A stretch of 64,000 nt of DNA from Acidobacteriota bacterium (GTDB lineage Bacteria > Acidobacteriota > Vicinamibacteria > Vicinamibacterales > UBA2999): positions 13,608 through 77,607 of the forward strand of contig JACPCS010000104.1 in NCBI GenBank assembly GCA_016184455.1. Reading direction: 5' to 3'. Shown piece by piece: positions 16,436-26,547 of the stretch. Position 1 is the stretch's first letter; each line of letters begins with the position of its first letter. The notes beneath the pieces are model-generated. The model did no database searches and was not told the origin of the DNA. It saw nothing but the letters and a program-made list of their open reading frames with translations. Both the position numbers and the translations under genes were made by a program.

Positions 16436-17686
16436 TCACGCGAACACTCCGAGCGGCTCGAAGCGGCCCTTCAGGATCGACGGCGTCTCGCGGCAGCCGA
16501 GCCACTCCTCGATCGCAGTCGCGTAGACGCGTCTGAAGTCGGTCGTCATCTTCAGGTTGCCGTCATCGAGGTCCGTCAGGCTCGGGTGCCGCCCGTAGAA
16601 GCCGCCCTTGACGCCGCGACCGACGAGGAACATCGGCGTCGCGGTGCCGTGGTCGGTGCCCGCGCTGCCGTTCTCTTCCACCCGCCGCCCGAACTCGGTG
16701 AACATCATCACGGCGACGTCGTCGGCGCGCCCAAGGCGCTTGATGTCCTCCATGAAGCCGCGCACGGCGTCGGCCGTGTACATCAGCAGGCGGCTGTGGA
16801 GGTCGGCCTGATGGACGTGCGTATCGAAGGCGTTGCCGCCATAGGTCACGTAGTACACACGTGTGGGCATCTTCGCGGCAATGAGCGCGGCGACGCGCTG
16901 GAGGTTGACGCCGAGCCCTCCGCCGCTGCCGTAGTCGACCGGCGTGCGATACGACGCCGCAGCGTCGCGCACGAAGTCGGAGCTCTCGGCGGCATTCTGC
17001 GCCGTCGACCCGAGGAACGCGAGCGTCGCGTTCTCCGTCGATCGCGGCCGGCTCATGCCGGCGAGGACGCGCTTCTGCTCGTCGGTCCCCTCGCGGCGGA
17101 AGCGAGCCGGATCGTCGAACACGAGCGGCGAGTGCTTCTGCCCCCGCACCGCGAGCGACTGCGAGGGCCCGACGTTGACGATCAGATTGCGCGTGGCGGT
17201 CTGGTAGGCCTGGTCGGCGAGGCGGCCGATCCAGCCGAGCGGCTCCCCGCTGTTCGGCACGCCCGTGTGCCAGTAGCTCATCGACGAGAAGTGCGAGAGG
17301 CTCGGACGCTCGTAGCTGCACCCGTGCACGACGGCGAGCAGACCGTCCTTGTACAGGCGCTCGAAGCCGACCATCGACGGATGGAAGCCGAAGGCGTCGG
17401 CCGCCCTGATCACGTCGCGCGCGCGCACGCCGAGCGTCGGGCGCGCGCGGTAGTACGCCTCGTCGCCGAACGGCACGACGGTGTTGAGGCCGTCGTTGCC
17501 GCCCGACAGCTCGATGACGACGAGGATGCGGTTCGGGTGCGCCTCGAGACTGGCGCCGGCGAGCGCCTGCGCCGCGAGCGCGGCCGACGTCCGCTCGAGG
17601 ACGAACGGGAGCGCCGCGCCCACACCAATGCCGTACAACCCGCGGCGGAGAAAGTCGCGCCGGGAACACGAGCAGACAGCGGCCAT
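16436..17686 (-). CDS. DUF1501 domain protein (sulfatase-like fold), Tat signal
   Basis: The Tat signal is SRRDFLRRGLYGIGVGAALPF. The C-terminal half contains FTEFGRRVEENGSAGTDHG. It sits in the typical pairing with the upstream DUF1800 gene. Confidence 0.8.
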   Translation of the reverse strand: MAAVCSCSRRDFLRRGLYGIGVGAALPFVLERTSAALAAQALAGASLEAHPNRILVVIELSGGNDGLNTVVPFGDEAYYRARPTLGVRARDVIRAADAFGFHPSMVGFERLYKDGLLAVVHGCSYERPSLSHFSSMSYWHTGVPNSGEPLGWIGRLADQAYQTATRNLIVNVGPSQSLAVRGQKHSPLVFDDPARFRREGTDEQKRVLAGMSRPRSTENATLAFLGSTAQNAAESSDFVRDAAASYRTPVDYGSGGGLGVNLQRVAALIAAKMPTRVYYVTYGGNAFDTHVHQADLHSRLLMYTADAVRGFMEDIKRLGRADDVAVMMFTEFGRRVEENGSAGTDHGTATPMFLVGRGVKGGFYGRHPSLTDLDDGNLKMTTDFRRVYATAIEEWLGCRETPSILKGRFEPLGVFA

Positions 17687-17717
17687 CACGCACTCCTTTG
17701 CAGCACTAGCCCGAGCA

Positions 17718-19532
17718 CTAGCCCAGCTGATACTCCGGCGTGCTGAGGACGAGATACAGCAGCTCACGCAGCGACGATTCGAGCGTGTCGCTCGGGGTCA
17801 CCGTGGACGAGCCGAGCTTCCCGCGCAGGAAGCCGACGAGCGCCGCCCGATCCACCGCCGCCAGCGGCACGCGCAGGAAGCGGCGCACGAAATGGTCGAC
17901 CACCTTCTCCGGCGTATCCGCCCGTGCCGCGCGAATCATCGCCGTGAGGTCGATAGCGGCCGTGCGCCGCGGAATCAGCTTCGTCCGCTTGAAGGCCATC
18001 TGGAATCCCGCGTAGCCGCCGTAGCGCGTGTTGTAGTCCTCGTCTCGCTCGACCATCACGTTCGACTCGGCGTCGCCCTCGCGCGTGGCTTCGGTGATGC
18101 CCATCCCCTTCGCGAGCCGCTGGCCGACGCGCTCGTCGGTCGGCGACATCGCGCGGTCGGGCGGACGGAAGCTCTTCACGTCCGGAAACAGCACGTCGCG
18201 AAAGAGGTTGCCGCGCTGCAGGAGCGTGGCCGGCGTAATCCACGTGCGTCCGCCGGCCCAGCCGGCCACGTTGGGCGGCTCGAACAGCACCTGCCCGAGG
18301 CCGCCCGTGCTGCGGCCGAAGTCGGGAATCGTCGGCACCTCGTGCAGACCCAGCTTCCGGTACGTGGAGACGAGCAGATGGACCGGACTCTTGATCTGCG
18401 TCGCGGTGGACGCGGCGCTGTAGAAATCTCTCGACAGGAAGACGCGCTTCAGGAGCGGCTTCATCTGGTAGCCGCTCTCGCGGAACGTCCGCCCCAGCTC
18501 GCGCCGCACGACGTCCCCGAGATCCTCCCGCACGAAGAACCGGTAGACCTTGCCGGCCACGAACTCGGCGGTCACCGGCTGCGCGAGGATGATGTCGATG
18601 ATCTCCTCGCCGTCGAACGTGCCCGTGCGGCCGAGAACCGTCTTCGGGCCGAAGTCGTGCCGCTCGGCGTCGACCTTGAACTCGAGCACGTCGTTGGTCC
18701 AGCCGGTAAAGGCGCGCGCGCCCTCCCGGATGTCGCGCTCGGTGTAATGGCCCACGCCCATCGTGAACAGCTCGAGGAGCTCCCGCGCGAAGTTCTCGTT
18801 CGGGTGCTCCTTGACGTTCTCACCGTTGTCCAGATACACGAGCATCGCGGGATCCTTCAGGACCCCGACCAGCAGATCGCGGAAGCGGCCGGACGCGTGG
18901 CGGCGGAACATCTGGTTCTGCCGCAGCATCATCCGGTAATCGCGCACCTTGTTCTGGCCGGTGGCGAAATGCCCGTGCCAGAAGAACGTCAGCTTCTCCT
19001 CGAGGGGCCGCTTCGTCGTGAGCATCCGGTTCGCCCACCAGAGGCCGAGCCGCTGCGTCTCGATGGTGTTGGCCGCGAGGCTGTAGAAGAACTTGTCGAC
19101 GACCGGCTGCAGCCGCCGTTGCGTACCTTCGGGCAGCACCTTCTCGCCGAGGCCCTCGCCGCGCTCGCGTGCGAGGCGCACGGCCTCGGCACGGCTCGGC
19201 GGGAACGGGTCCATGCCCGGATCCCAGATGCCCGACTCGTCGAAGGGCGGCTGGGCGCGATCGTCGATCGCGTCGTAGTCGACGAGCATGTCGACCGCCT
19301 GCGCCGGGGTCATCGCGGCCAGACGTGCGATCTCCTCCGGCGTGGCACCGAAGCCCGCGCGCTCGATCAGGTGCGCGGCGCGGTCGTAGCTCCAGTCAGA
19401 GGCGGCGATTGGTGAGAGATCGTTGGCCCAGGCATCGGGGCCGGCGCCGCCCGCCACTCGAGGCATCTGGGCCGTGATGACGATGACCGACGCGAGACAC
19501 GCCGTGAACGCCGCGGTGGCCAGCCTGATCAC
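17718..19532 (-). CDS. DUF1800 domain protein
   Basis: Family-like motifs LTFFWHGHFAT, ARELLELFTMGVG.YTE.DIREGARAFTGW and NVAGWAGG. I propose a GTG start at 19532, 5-6 nt after GGAGG. The 19673 ATG would add a non-hydrophobic leader. Confidence 0.75.
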   Translation of the reverse strand: MIRLATAAFTACLASVIVITAQMPRVAGGAGPDAWANDLSPIAASDWSYDRAAHLIERAGFGATPEEIARLAAMTPAQAVDMLVDYDAIDDRAQPPFDESGIWDPGMDPFPPSRAEAVRLARERGEGLGEKVLPEGTQRRLQPVVDKFFYSLAANTIETQRLGLWWANRMLTTKRPLEEKLTFFWHGHFATGQNKVRDYRMMLRQNQMFRRHASGRFRDLLVGVLKDPAMLVYLDNGENVKEHPNENFARELLELFTMGVGHYTERDIREGARAFTGWTNDVLEFKVDAERHDFGPKTVLGRTGTFDGEEIIDIILAQPVTAEFVAGKVYRFFVREDLGDVVRRELGRTFRESGYQMKPLLKRVFLSRDFYSAASTATQIKSPVHLLVSTYRKLGLHEVPTIPDFGRSTGGLGQVLFEPPNVAGWAGGRTWITPATLLQRGNLFRDVLFPDVKSFRPPDRAMSPTDERVGQRLAKGMGITEATREGDAESNVMVERDEDYNTRYGGYAGFQMAFKRTKLIPRRTAAIDLTAMIRAARADTPEKVVDHFVRRFLRVPLAAVDRAALVGFLRGKLGSSTVTPSDTLESSLRELLYLVLSTPEYQLG

Positions 19533-19632
19533 GAGCACCTCCGGCGCGCCGATTATACGCCTCGAATTGACAGAGATGGCTCGCAGGCGCAAGATGGCGC
19601 CGCTGGCAACTGTCCCGTGAAAGGGGGGACTT

Positions 19633-20892
19633 ATGAAGACAGTCCTACTGGGCTCGGTTATCGTTCTCTCCACCGCCCTTCCTGCCCTCAGCCAGGAGCA
19701 AGCTCGAAACGAGAGCGCCGTTCAACTGCCGGATGGGCCAGGCAAGGCCATCGTGCAGGCCGCATGCGTGCAGTGCCACGGCCTCGACCGAGTGGCCCAA
19801 CCGATTGGGAACACTCCTCAGGGATGGCAGATTGTCCTGAACAACATGGTCGGGCTGGGCGCCAAGATCACGCCCGACCAGGTCGAAGTCGTGCACGAGT
19901 ATCTGGCGCGCAACTTCCCTGACCGCGCGCCCAAGCCCAAACTCGTGGCCGGAGCGATGGAGGTCACGATCAGGGAATGGGACGTGCCCACGCCCGGCTC
20001 GCGGCCGCACGATCCGCTGGTGGCCAGAGACGGCTCGATCTGGTACGCGGGGATCAACCTCAGCATCCTGGGCCGCTTCGATCCGAAGACCGCGCAGTTC
20101 AAGGAATACAAGCTGAGGCCGAAGTCGGGTCCGCACGGCCTGGTCGATGACGCGCAAGGGAACATCTGGTTCACCGCGCAGCAGGGTCACTACATCGGCA
20201 AGCTCAATCCGAAGACGGGCGACGTCACCGAGTTCAAACTGTCGCACCCGGACGCGCGCTCGCCCCACACGCCCATCCTCGACCCGAAGGGCAACCTCTT
20301 TTTCACTACGTCCGGCAATAACTTCGTCGGCCGGGTCAACGGCCGGACGGGTGAGATGACGATGGTCAGGCAGGGCCCAAATCCGTACGGCATCCTCGTC
20401 AATTCCAAAGGGGTGCCCTTCTTCACGCTGTACGGCACCAACAAGCTCGGCAGCATCAACCCGGACACCATGGAGATTACCGAGTACACGCTGCCGAACC
20501 CGGGCATCCGTCCGCGGCGCATTGCGATTACCTCCGACGACGTGATCTGGTTCGGCGACTACGCGCGAGGATATCTGGGCAGCTACGATCCGAAGACTGG
20601 CCAATACAGAGAGTGGCCGACGCCCAGCGGGCCGGACTCGCAGATTTACGGCATCACGGTGGCGAACGACGTCGTCTGGTACAACGAGTCAGGAGTCAGA
20701 CCCAACACCATCGTGCGCTTCGACCCCAGGACCGAGAAGTTCCAGAGCTGGATCATCCCGTCGGGCGGCGGCGTCGTCCGCCACATGATGCCCGATCGAA
20801 ACGGCAACATCTGGATTGCCGGCAGCGGCGTCAACAAGATTGGCGTCGTCGAAGTAAGGTCGGTGATTCGCACGGCCTCTACTGGCCGGTAG
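19633..20892 (+). CDS. c-type cytochrome domain fused to a Vgb (streptogramin lyase)-like beta-propeller
   Basis: It has a signal peptide and a CVQCH heme motif. Repeated units GPHGLVDDAQGNIWFT, PHTPILDPKGNLFFT, PYGILVNSKGVPFFT and IAITSDDVIWF follow. Confidence 0.7.
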   Translation: MKTVLLGSVIVLSTALPALSQEQARNESAVQLPDGPGKAIVQAACVQCHGLDRVAQPIGNTPQGWQIVLNNMVGLGAKITPDQVEVVHEYLARNFPDRAPKPKLVAGAMEVTIREWDVPTPGSRPHDPLVARDGSIWYAGINLSILGRFDPKTAQFKEYKLRPKSGPHGLVDDAQGNIWFTAQQGHYIGKLNPKTGDVTEFKLSHPDARSPHTPILDPKGNLFFTTSGNNFVGRVNGRTGEMTMVRQGPNPYGILVNSKGVPFFTLYGTNKLGSINPDTMEITEYTLPNPGIRPRRIAITSDDVIWFGDYARGYLGSYDPKTGQYREWPTPSGPDSQIYGITVANDVVWYNESGVRPNTIVRFDPRTEKFQSWIIPSGGGVVRHMMPDRNGNIWIAGSGVNKIGVVEVRSVIRTASTGR

Positions 20893-20947
20893 TCGGGAGT
20901 CGGAGCCGGTCGTCGGGAGCTGGTAGTTTCCAAACAAGGAGACACCG

Positions 20948-21505
20948 ATGTCATCGCATCTCGCTGGCGCGGCGGTTCTGTGGCTCGCCGCATCGGTCGC
21001 GCTCGCGCAGAGCGTGGTCCCGCCGACCGGCATTGCCCCACGCTTTCCCACGGCCTACAAGGAGCTCGCGCAGCAGACCCGGCCGCCGTCGAACAACTGG
21101 CTGCTCGACGCGAACGACGACACCGAGCGCTTCCGCCGCCTGCAGGTCGCTGCCGGCGGCACCGACATCCCCATGTGGGAGATCGCGCATCGGTACGAGG
21201 AGCTGTACGCCGCGATCCAGGCCAACAACTGGGAGATGGGCGTGTATCACTGGGAGAAGGTGCGGGACCGCCTCAATACCGCGGGCATGAAGCGGCCGGC
21301 TCGAACCGAAAACATCGAGCGCCTGTTCCTCGACAACGCCGTGTGGACGTCGATGCATGAGGCGCTGAAGTCGCGCGACGCCGGCCGGATGCGCACGCAG
21401 TTCCTGGCCGTGCGCCAGGCGTGCATGGCGTGCCACGTGGCCGAGCGCGTGGGCTTTCTCAACGACAGCTCCGTGTTCACGAGAACGGCGGCGTTCCCTC
21501 GCTGA
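20948..21505 (+). CDS. Putative class II (cytochrome c'-like) four-helix c-type cytochrome
   Basis: It has a signal peptide (AAVLWLAASVALAQS). A single CMACH motif lies ~25 residues from the C-terminus. The body looks helical. Confidence 0.45.
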   Translation: MSSHLAGAAVLWLAASVALAQSVVPPTGIAPRFPTAYKELAQQTRPPSNNWLLDANDDTERFRRLQVAAGGTDIPMWEIAHRYEELYAAIQANNWEMGVYHWEKVRDRLNTAGMKRPARTENIERLFLDNAVWTSMHEALKSRDAGRMRTQFLAVRQACMACHVAERVGFLNDSSVFTRTAAFPR

Positions 21506-21538
21506 GCACGCCGCCGCCCGCTCTCCGGTCAGGTCCGC

Positions 21539-23494
21539 TCAGTTGGCGTTGGCGAGCGGGTGCGCCCGCAGCTGGAACTGGACTGCGTACGGCGGCGTGC
21601 CCTTGCCGCCTTCGCTGTGCCACGGCGCGCGGCCGCCAAACGTGGCCCAGAGTCCGCGCCCGCTCCAGCCGCCGTTGGGATCGTCGATGCGCCCCTCGAA
21701 CCCCTTCGTGAAAAAGCCCATGGGATACGGAACGGCCAAGTGCACCCACTTCCCGTTGGCGAACGCCTGCACGCCATCGGACTGATTGTCGAGCACGATG
21801 ACGGTATCCCGGCCCAGCCCGAGAATGTCGTGGATGTCGACCCAGACGTAAGGACAGTGATCGCCGGTGGCAGTCGGGCCGTTCCGGACCTTGCACTTGC
21901 GCCGGTCGAAGCTGATCAAGTGCCCGCCGGCTCCTGCCGCCCACGCGATGCCTTTGCTATCGAGATCCATGCCGCGGATGCCGAACTCAGTCGGCGGGAG
22001 CTGGTAGGCCTCCGTCAGCGCGGTGACCGGTGGATTCGGACCGGGATCCACCCGCACGATCCAGCCCCGGCCCGCCGTATTCGATCCCCAGACGGTGCCG
22101 TCGTTCGGATTCACGGCGATGCCGTAGAAGCCGAGATTGAGACGCTTGTCTTTCCGGGGATCGACCGGGGCGTCGGGCTCGACGTACTCGTCGCGTCTGC
22201 CGTTGCCGTTGGTGTCGACGATGAACGGCGTCCACCCTTGCGCTTTGGCCGAGTCGCCTGTCTCCAGGAACACGCGGGTGTTGACCCAGCCCACCTGGGG
22301 ACCGCCGTTGTTGGCCAGGTACAGCGTGTTGTCGGCGTCGTAGCCGAAGTTCAGGTGATGCGTCCCGAAGCACGTATCGACGAACGCCCACTGCTTCGTC
22401 TTCGGGTCGTACATCGTGACGCCGCGCGCGTTCTGGACGAAGTTGCTGGTGTTGGTCGCGGAGCCCGACGCACGTTCGAGCGGGAAGGCCTTCGCCGACG
22501 GATGATCCGATCCCTTCTGGCAGAACGCCGGCTGCTCCCATTGCGGCCGGTGTGTGGCCGACCACCACACGCGGCCTTCGCCGTCCATCATGTTGGTGTG
22601 GGCGTACGGAGGACGATCGCGGCGTGCCCGCCACTCTGACCGGCATCTTGATTTCAGTGACGGCGTGGAGCACGGGGTCCAGGATCGGAACCCAGTCGGT
22701 GCTCAGCTCCATCGCGCCGTAGAGTGCGCCCGAGCCGTTGACCGTGGGCTTTCTCCGGTCGGTGCCGATCAAGTCGTGCAAGTACGCGGTCGGCCGCGAC
22801 CAGTCCCACAGCGTGACCACGATGTTGCGTTCAATACCTTCCGGCCGCTGCGGCTTCTGCGCGGGCAGCTCGCCGGCTGCGATCCGGTCGGTCCAGTCGG
22901 CCAGCCGGACCAGCAGTCCGCCGTCCTTCGTCATCAGGCTGTTGACGCCGTTGAGCATCGCGGTCCCGGCCTGCCCCATGCGCAGTCGCGCGGCCCAGGC
23001 CGCCTGTGACTCCTTATTCGTCACCCCGAGCGCGGCAAAGTCGATGGAGCGCATGACTGGTCCACCGGCCTGATGACAATTGCCGCAGCCGTTTAGTACT
23101 GGGCCGCCGCCCGTGGAGTCGGCGCAACCGTGGCGGTGAGGTTGAGCGTCGTGCCCGGCTTCGCGGGAACGCGCCGCGAATCGACCAGACCGAACCCGCG
23201 AACCCACACGTTGTACTGCGCGCCTGCGGGAAGCGCGGGCAGCAGGTAGCGGCCTCGATCGTCGGTGACCACGATCTTGGCGTAGCGGCTCGTGCCCAGG
23301 CCGGTTGTTTCCGCGATGACCCACACGCCGGCCTCGGGGCCGTTGGCGCTGGTCACCACGCCGCCGATGTCGGAGGGGCCAACCCCAAGCTGTTGGGCGC
23401 CAGCATGGCCCGCCCATGCCGCCACGAAGGCGGCGACGCCGACCGCCAACACGCTCGTGCGTCTTCCTGGTCTCCGACTCATGCGAACCTCCAT
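21539..23494 (-). pseudogene. CarboxypepD_reg-like domain / cytochrome c-motif protein split over three reading frames
   Basis: Piece 1 (23494-23093) has a signal peptide plus GGVVTSANGPEAGVWVIAE...VVTDDRGRYLLPALPAGAQYNVWV and ends AAQY-stop. Piece 2 (~23100-22600, a second frame) reads CGNCHQ...IVVTLWDWSRPTAYLHD. Piece 3 (22591-21539, a third frame) starts NMMDGEGRVWWSA... Confidence 0.6.
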
Positions 23495-23633
23495 GAATCG
23501 AATCCGACTGTGTCGTCCGGGCCGTTCGCGCGAGCCGGATTATACGCCTCCGAACGTGGCGCGGAATCCGAGCTGGAACATCAGCGGCTGTACGCGAGGC
23601 TCAGGAGCGGGATCGGCTTGCCGGCTGGGGCGT

Positions 23634-24929
23634 TCAGCGGGCGGCGATGCCGATCCAGAACAGGAGCCGGCCGGCGTCCGGCTCGGCCGCGACGTCGTAG
23701 GTACGGACGAAGGTGAGCCGGCCATCCGTGCCGATCCGGAAGGTCGAGAGTCTGGCGGGGACTGTGCGAATACTCCGTCCGTCCCGGACCGCGACCGGGT
23801 TCTGATTGCCCGCAATCAGCACGCGACCGTCCTCGTCCAGCGCAAAGGTCCGCGGCTGGAAGCCGTGCGTGTCGATCGTCTGCATCAGCGTCGGCTCGCC
23901 CGTTGTCTGATTGATCGCGAACACCGCAATCGTGTTCTCGCCGCCGGCAGAGACCCGTTTGTCCTCGAACGGCACCGTGGCGCTGGCGCGATTGCCCACG
24001 TACACGAACCGGCCGCTCGGATGCACGTGAATGCTGCTCGTCGTCTGCCCCGGCCTGACATTCCCCGGCTCGGCGAGCGTCGTCTTGACGAACAATGGCG
24101 CCGGTGAGAGCGACCCGGCCGCGATGCCGAACACGGCAACTTGGTTCTGACGCTCGAGCGTCAGATAGGCCCATGGACGGGTGGGATGGAAATCGATGTG
24201 CCGCGCCTGAAAGCCGTAGCCGCCGTTCGGCGCAATTGACGCGCGGCCGGTCAGCACGCCCTCCGCATACGCGTAGACCTTCAGCGCGCCGGGATCTTCC
24301 GTCGTGGTCGCGGTCGGCGCGTTGCCGCGCGTCACGAGGACGACGCCTCCGTTCGAGGGGAGCACTCGGACGTGATGGGCGTAGATGCCGGTATCGAGCG
24401 CATGCGGCTGCACCACGTCCGCGCCGATCGTGCCGTCGGCCTCGAGGCGGTGGACGCTGACCCCGCTTGGCAGGTTGTAGGCGACCAGCAGGTGACGGCC
24501 GTCGCGGTCGGTCGTCAAATGAATCGGGCGCGCGCGGAGCGGAATCGGCCGGCCGTGCGGCACGAGTGCGCCCGATGCGGCGTCGATGCGGAACGCGGTC
24601 ACACCGTGGCGGAGCTCTCCGCCCGGCGCCCCGCCGCGATCGCCGTAGCTGGCGCCTGTGCCGCTCCACCCCACATATAAATAACGTCGCGATGGATGCA
24701 GCGCGGCTTCCTGTACGTTGGCGGGGAGCATGACCGCGCTGCGCCGGGTCAACAGGCCCCGGTCGGTGTCGATGTCATATTGCGTGAGCTCTGCACCCAC
24801 CGCCGCGTACACGGCGCTCGCGGCCGCTCGTGCGGTCGTGCCAACTGCCGCGGCGACAAGCAGCAGGCCAGCTCCGGTCAGCGCAAACAGCCGCCGCCTC
24901 AGGGCGAACGAGTCCGGAGACCGTGTCAT
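23634..24929 (-). CDS. Lactonase-type 7-bladed beta-propeller (6-phosphogluconolactonase-like) protein
   Basis: Motifs PIHLTTDRDGRHLLVAYN, ARHIDFHPTRPWAYLTLERQNQVAVF, IHVHPSGRFVYVGNR, PRTFALDEDGRVLIAGNQ. The start is taken at MTRSPDSF (24929). Confidence 0.7.
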   Translation of the reverse strand: MTRSPDSFALRRRLFALTGAGLLLVAAAVGTTARAAASAVYAAVGAELTQYDIDTDRGLLTRRSAVMLPANVQEAALHPSRRYLYVGWSGTGASYGDRGGAPGGELRHGVTAFRIDAASGALVPHGRPIPLRARPIHLTTDRDGRHLLVAYNLPSGVSVHRLEADGTIGADVVQPHALDTGIYAHHVRVLPSNGGVVLVTRGNAPTATTTEDPGALKVYAYAEGVLTGRASIAPNGGYGFQARHIDFHPTRPWAYLTLERQNQVAVFGIAAGSLSPAPLFVKTTLAEPGNVRPGQTTSSIHVHPSGRFVYVGNRASATVPFEDKRVSAGGENTIAVFAINQTTGEPTLMQTIDTHGFQPRTFALDEDGRVLIAGNQNPVAVRDGRSIRTVPARLSTFRIGTDGRLTFVRTYDVAAEPDAGRLLFWIGIAAR

Positions 24930-24948
24930 GACGCGACGATAATAAAGC

Positions 24949-25431
24949 ATGCCCACGGTCCGGCGCGCCGGCGTGGGCGCGGAAGCGCTGTGGCTCGCCG
25001 CCCACAGCCACCTGCGGCTCGGGCAACGAGAGGAAGCCGCCGTCCTGTTCCGGCGGCTTGCGGCAGACGCGGATCCGGCGTGGCACGTCGCGTCGCAGGT
25101 CGCACTGGCCGGGCTCGACAACAACGCGGAGGCCGCCGCCCAGGCTCGCCAGGCAGCCGGCGAGTCTCCAGGCAATCCGTTCGTGCAGTACGAGATTGGC
25201 CTCGCGTCGGCGCGGGGCGGCGACTTCAGCGTGGCGGCGCAGGCCTTCGAGCGAACGATCGCGGCCGATCCGACCTTTGCGTACGCCTACTACTACGCCG
25301 GCCTCGCGTACGACCGGTTGCAGCGGGCCGACCTGACGGTGAGCCGCTTCGAGACGTTCGCGCGGCTCGCGCCTCAGGCGCCCGAGCGGCCCGAGGTGGA
25401 ATCGATCCTGAGGACTGTTCGGGGGCGGTGA
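24949..25431 (+). CDS. Tetratricopeptide-repeat protein
   Basis: TPR-like units are visible (NPFVQYEIGLASARGGDFSVAAQAFERTIAADPTFAYAYYYAGLAYDRLQRADLTVSRFETF). Confidence 0.65.
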   Translation: MPTVRRAGVGAEALWLAAHSHLRLGQREEAAVLFRRLAADADPAWHVASQVALAGLDNNAEAAAQARQAAGESPGNPFVQYEIGLASARGGDFSVAAQAFERTIAADPTFAYAYYYAGLAYDRLQRADLTVSRFETFARLAPQAPERPEVESILRTVRGR

Positions 25432-25452
25432 AGAAACCGTCGGCGCGCGCGC

Positions 25453-25953
25453 TCAGGGCTCCCGCGCTGCACTCTCTCCGGTTGAATCGGCGACTGGCTT
25501 GACGAACACCGTGCCGGTCCTGCCATCGCAGCCGCCGTCCGGCCACGCGGTGCCGCAGCCGATGAGCATGCCGTCGCCCCGCAGAGCGCCGAAGTTGCGG
25601 CCGTCTCTGAGTGGATTGAGCGTCACCGTCAGAATGGTGCCGACCGGGAAGCTCTTGACGGTCACCCCCTGACGGGCGAGGGAAAACGCCGGTCCTGTTT
25701 CGACACCCCACACCACGGGCTTGCCGTCCCCGCCCAGCACCGGCTTACCGTCGCCGCCGAGCAGCTCGAAGATGAGCTGCGCGTGATTCGGGCCCGGAAC
25801 GAAGCGAATCAGCTTGCCCGTCAGCGTCTTTGTTGTCGTCGTGTCGTACATCGCAAAGGAGTGGTGGGCCGCGACTGGCCGGCCCAGTGCGCCGAGGAAC
25901 AGGATTCCAATCAGTCCCGCGATCAGGCGGGCGTCAGAGGGTCGCGAGGTCAC
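25453..25953 (-). CDS. DUF6152-like secreted protein
   Basis: The signal peptide ends AAHHSFAMYD. The C-terminal half contains VTLNPLRDGRNFG. I propose a GTG start at 25953, 7 nt after AAGGAG. The ORF-track ATG at 26004 is the alternative. Confidence 0.6.
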   Translation of the reverse strand: MTSRPSDARLIAGLIGILFLGALGRPVAAHHSFAMYDTTTTKTLTGKLIRFVPGPNHAQLIFELLGGDGKPVLGGDGKPVVWGVETGPAFSLARQGVTVKSFPVGTILTVTLNPLRDGRNFGALRGDGMLIGCGTAWPDGGCDGRTGTVFVKPVADSTGESAAREP

Positions 25954-26004
25954 CGAGTCACTCCTTCCGATGTGTGCACAACGGGCCACCGAGGTTGCGG
26001 GCAC

Positions 26005-26529
26005 CTAACCACCCAGCGCGAGGTTTCCCCACACGATGAGGCGGCCGACATAAATCACCCCGAACCAGAGAAACAGCGACACCCCGGCGATGGCCTTGGC
26101 GAGCGGAGGCGCGTCTTCTCCTGGACCAACTGCATCGACCGCCCGGGACATGCCGGTCAGATAAAAGGCGAGCAGGTTCAGGCCCGCCAGCCCGATGAAG
26201 ATCAGCTTGGTCTGGAGGTAGCCGTTGACGATCAGGACGTCATAGGGATGCACGGCGATGTTGGCCCACAAGCCTCCGACGAACAGCGACCCGCTGACCA
26301 CGGACAGCACGAATCCGAACACGCCCCAGGGGAGCAGCCGCCGCACCGGCGCCACCGCCAACCCCTTCCCCACGCCCAGCAGGCGCAGGTCGAACAGGCC
26401 GACGGTCCCGATGAGCAGCGCCAAGCCGACGAAGTGCATGACCTCGGCCAGCGGCCACACCCAGGCATAGGCCTGGATGAAGTGCTCAAGACTGGGCCAC
26501 CGCAGGATGTACCGGAGAAAGGCTTCCAT
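26005..26529 (-). CDS. Integral membrane protein (about 4-5 TM helices), paralogue of 26548-27165
   Basis: Hydrophobic segments run throughout (HFVGLALLIGTVGLFDLRLLG, WGVFGFVLSVVSGSLFV, LIFIGLAGLNLLAFY, IAGVSLFLWFGVIYVGRL). Confidence 0.6.
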   Translation of the reverse strand: MEAFLRYILRWPSLEHFIQAYAWVWPLAEVMHFVGLALLIGTVGLFDLRLLGVGKGLAVAPVRRLLPWGVFGFVLSVVSGSLFVGGLWANIAVHPYDVLIVNGYLQTKLIFIGLAGLNLLAFYLTGMSRAVDAVGPGEDAPPLAKAIAGVSLFLWFGVIYVGRLIVWGNLALGG

Positions 26530-26547
26530 CGCAGACGTCTCCCGCCT

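Noticed and set aside
15033-16526. Long + strand ORF (497 aa). Similar antisense ORFs occur at 17481-19415, 32602-34155, 39039-40523, 40997-42547, 47897-49747, 49972-51339 and 55922-57199.
   Set aside because: These are Arg/Pro/Ala-rich shadow ORFs opposite well-supported genes with clear family motifs. They are typical of high-GC DNA, and I recognise no motifs in them.
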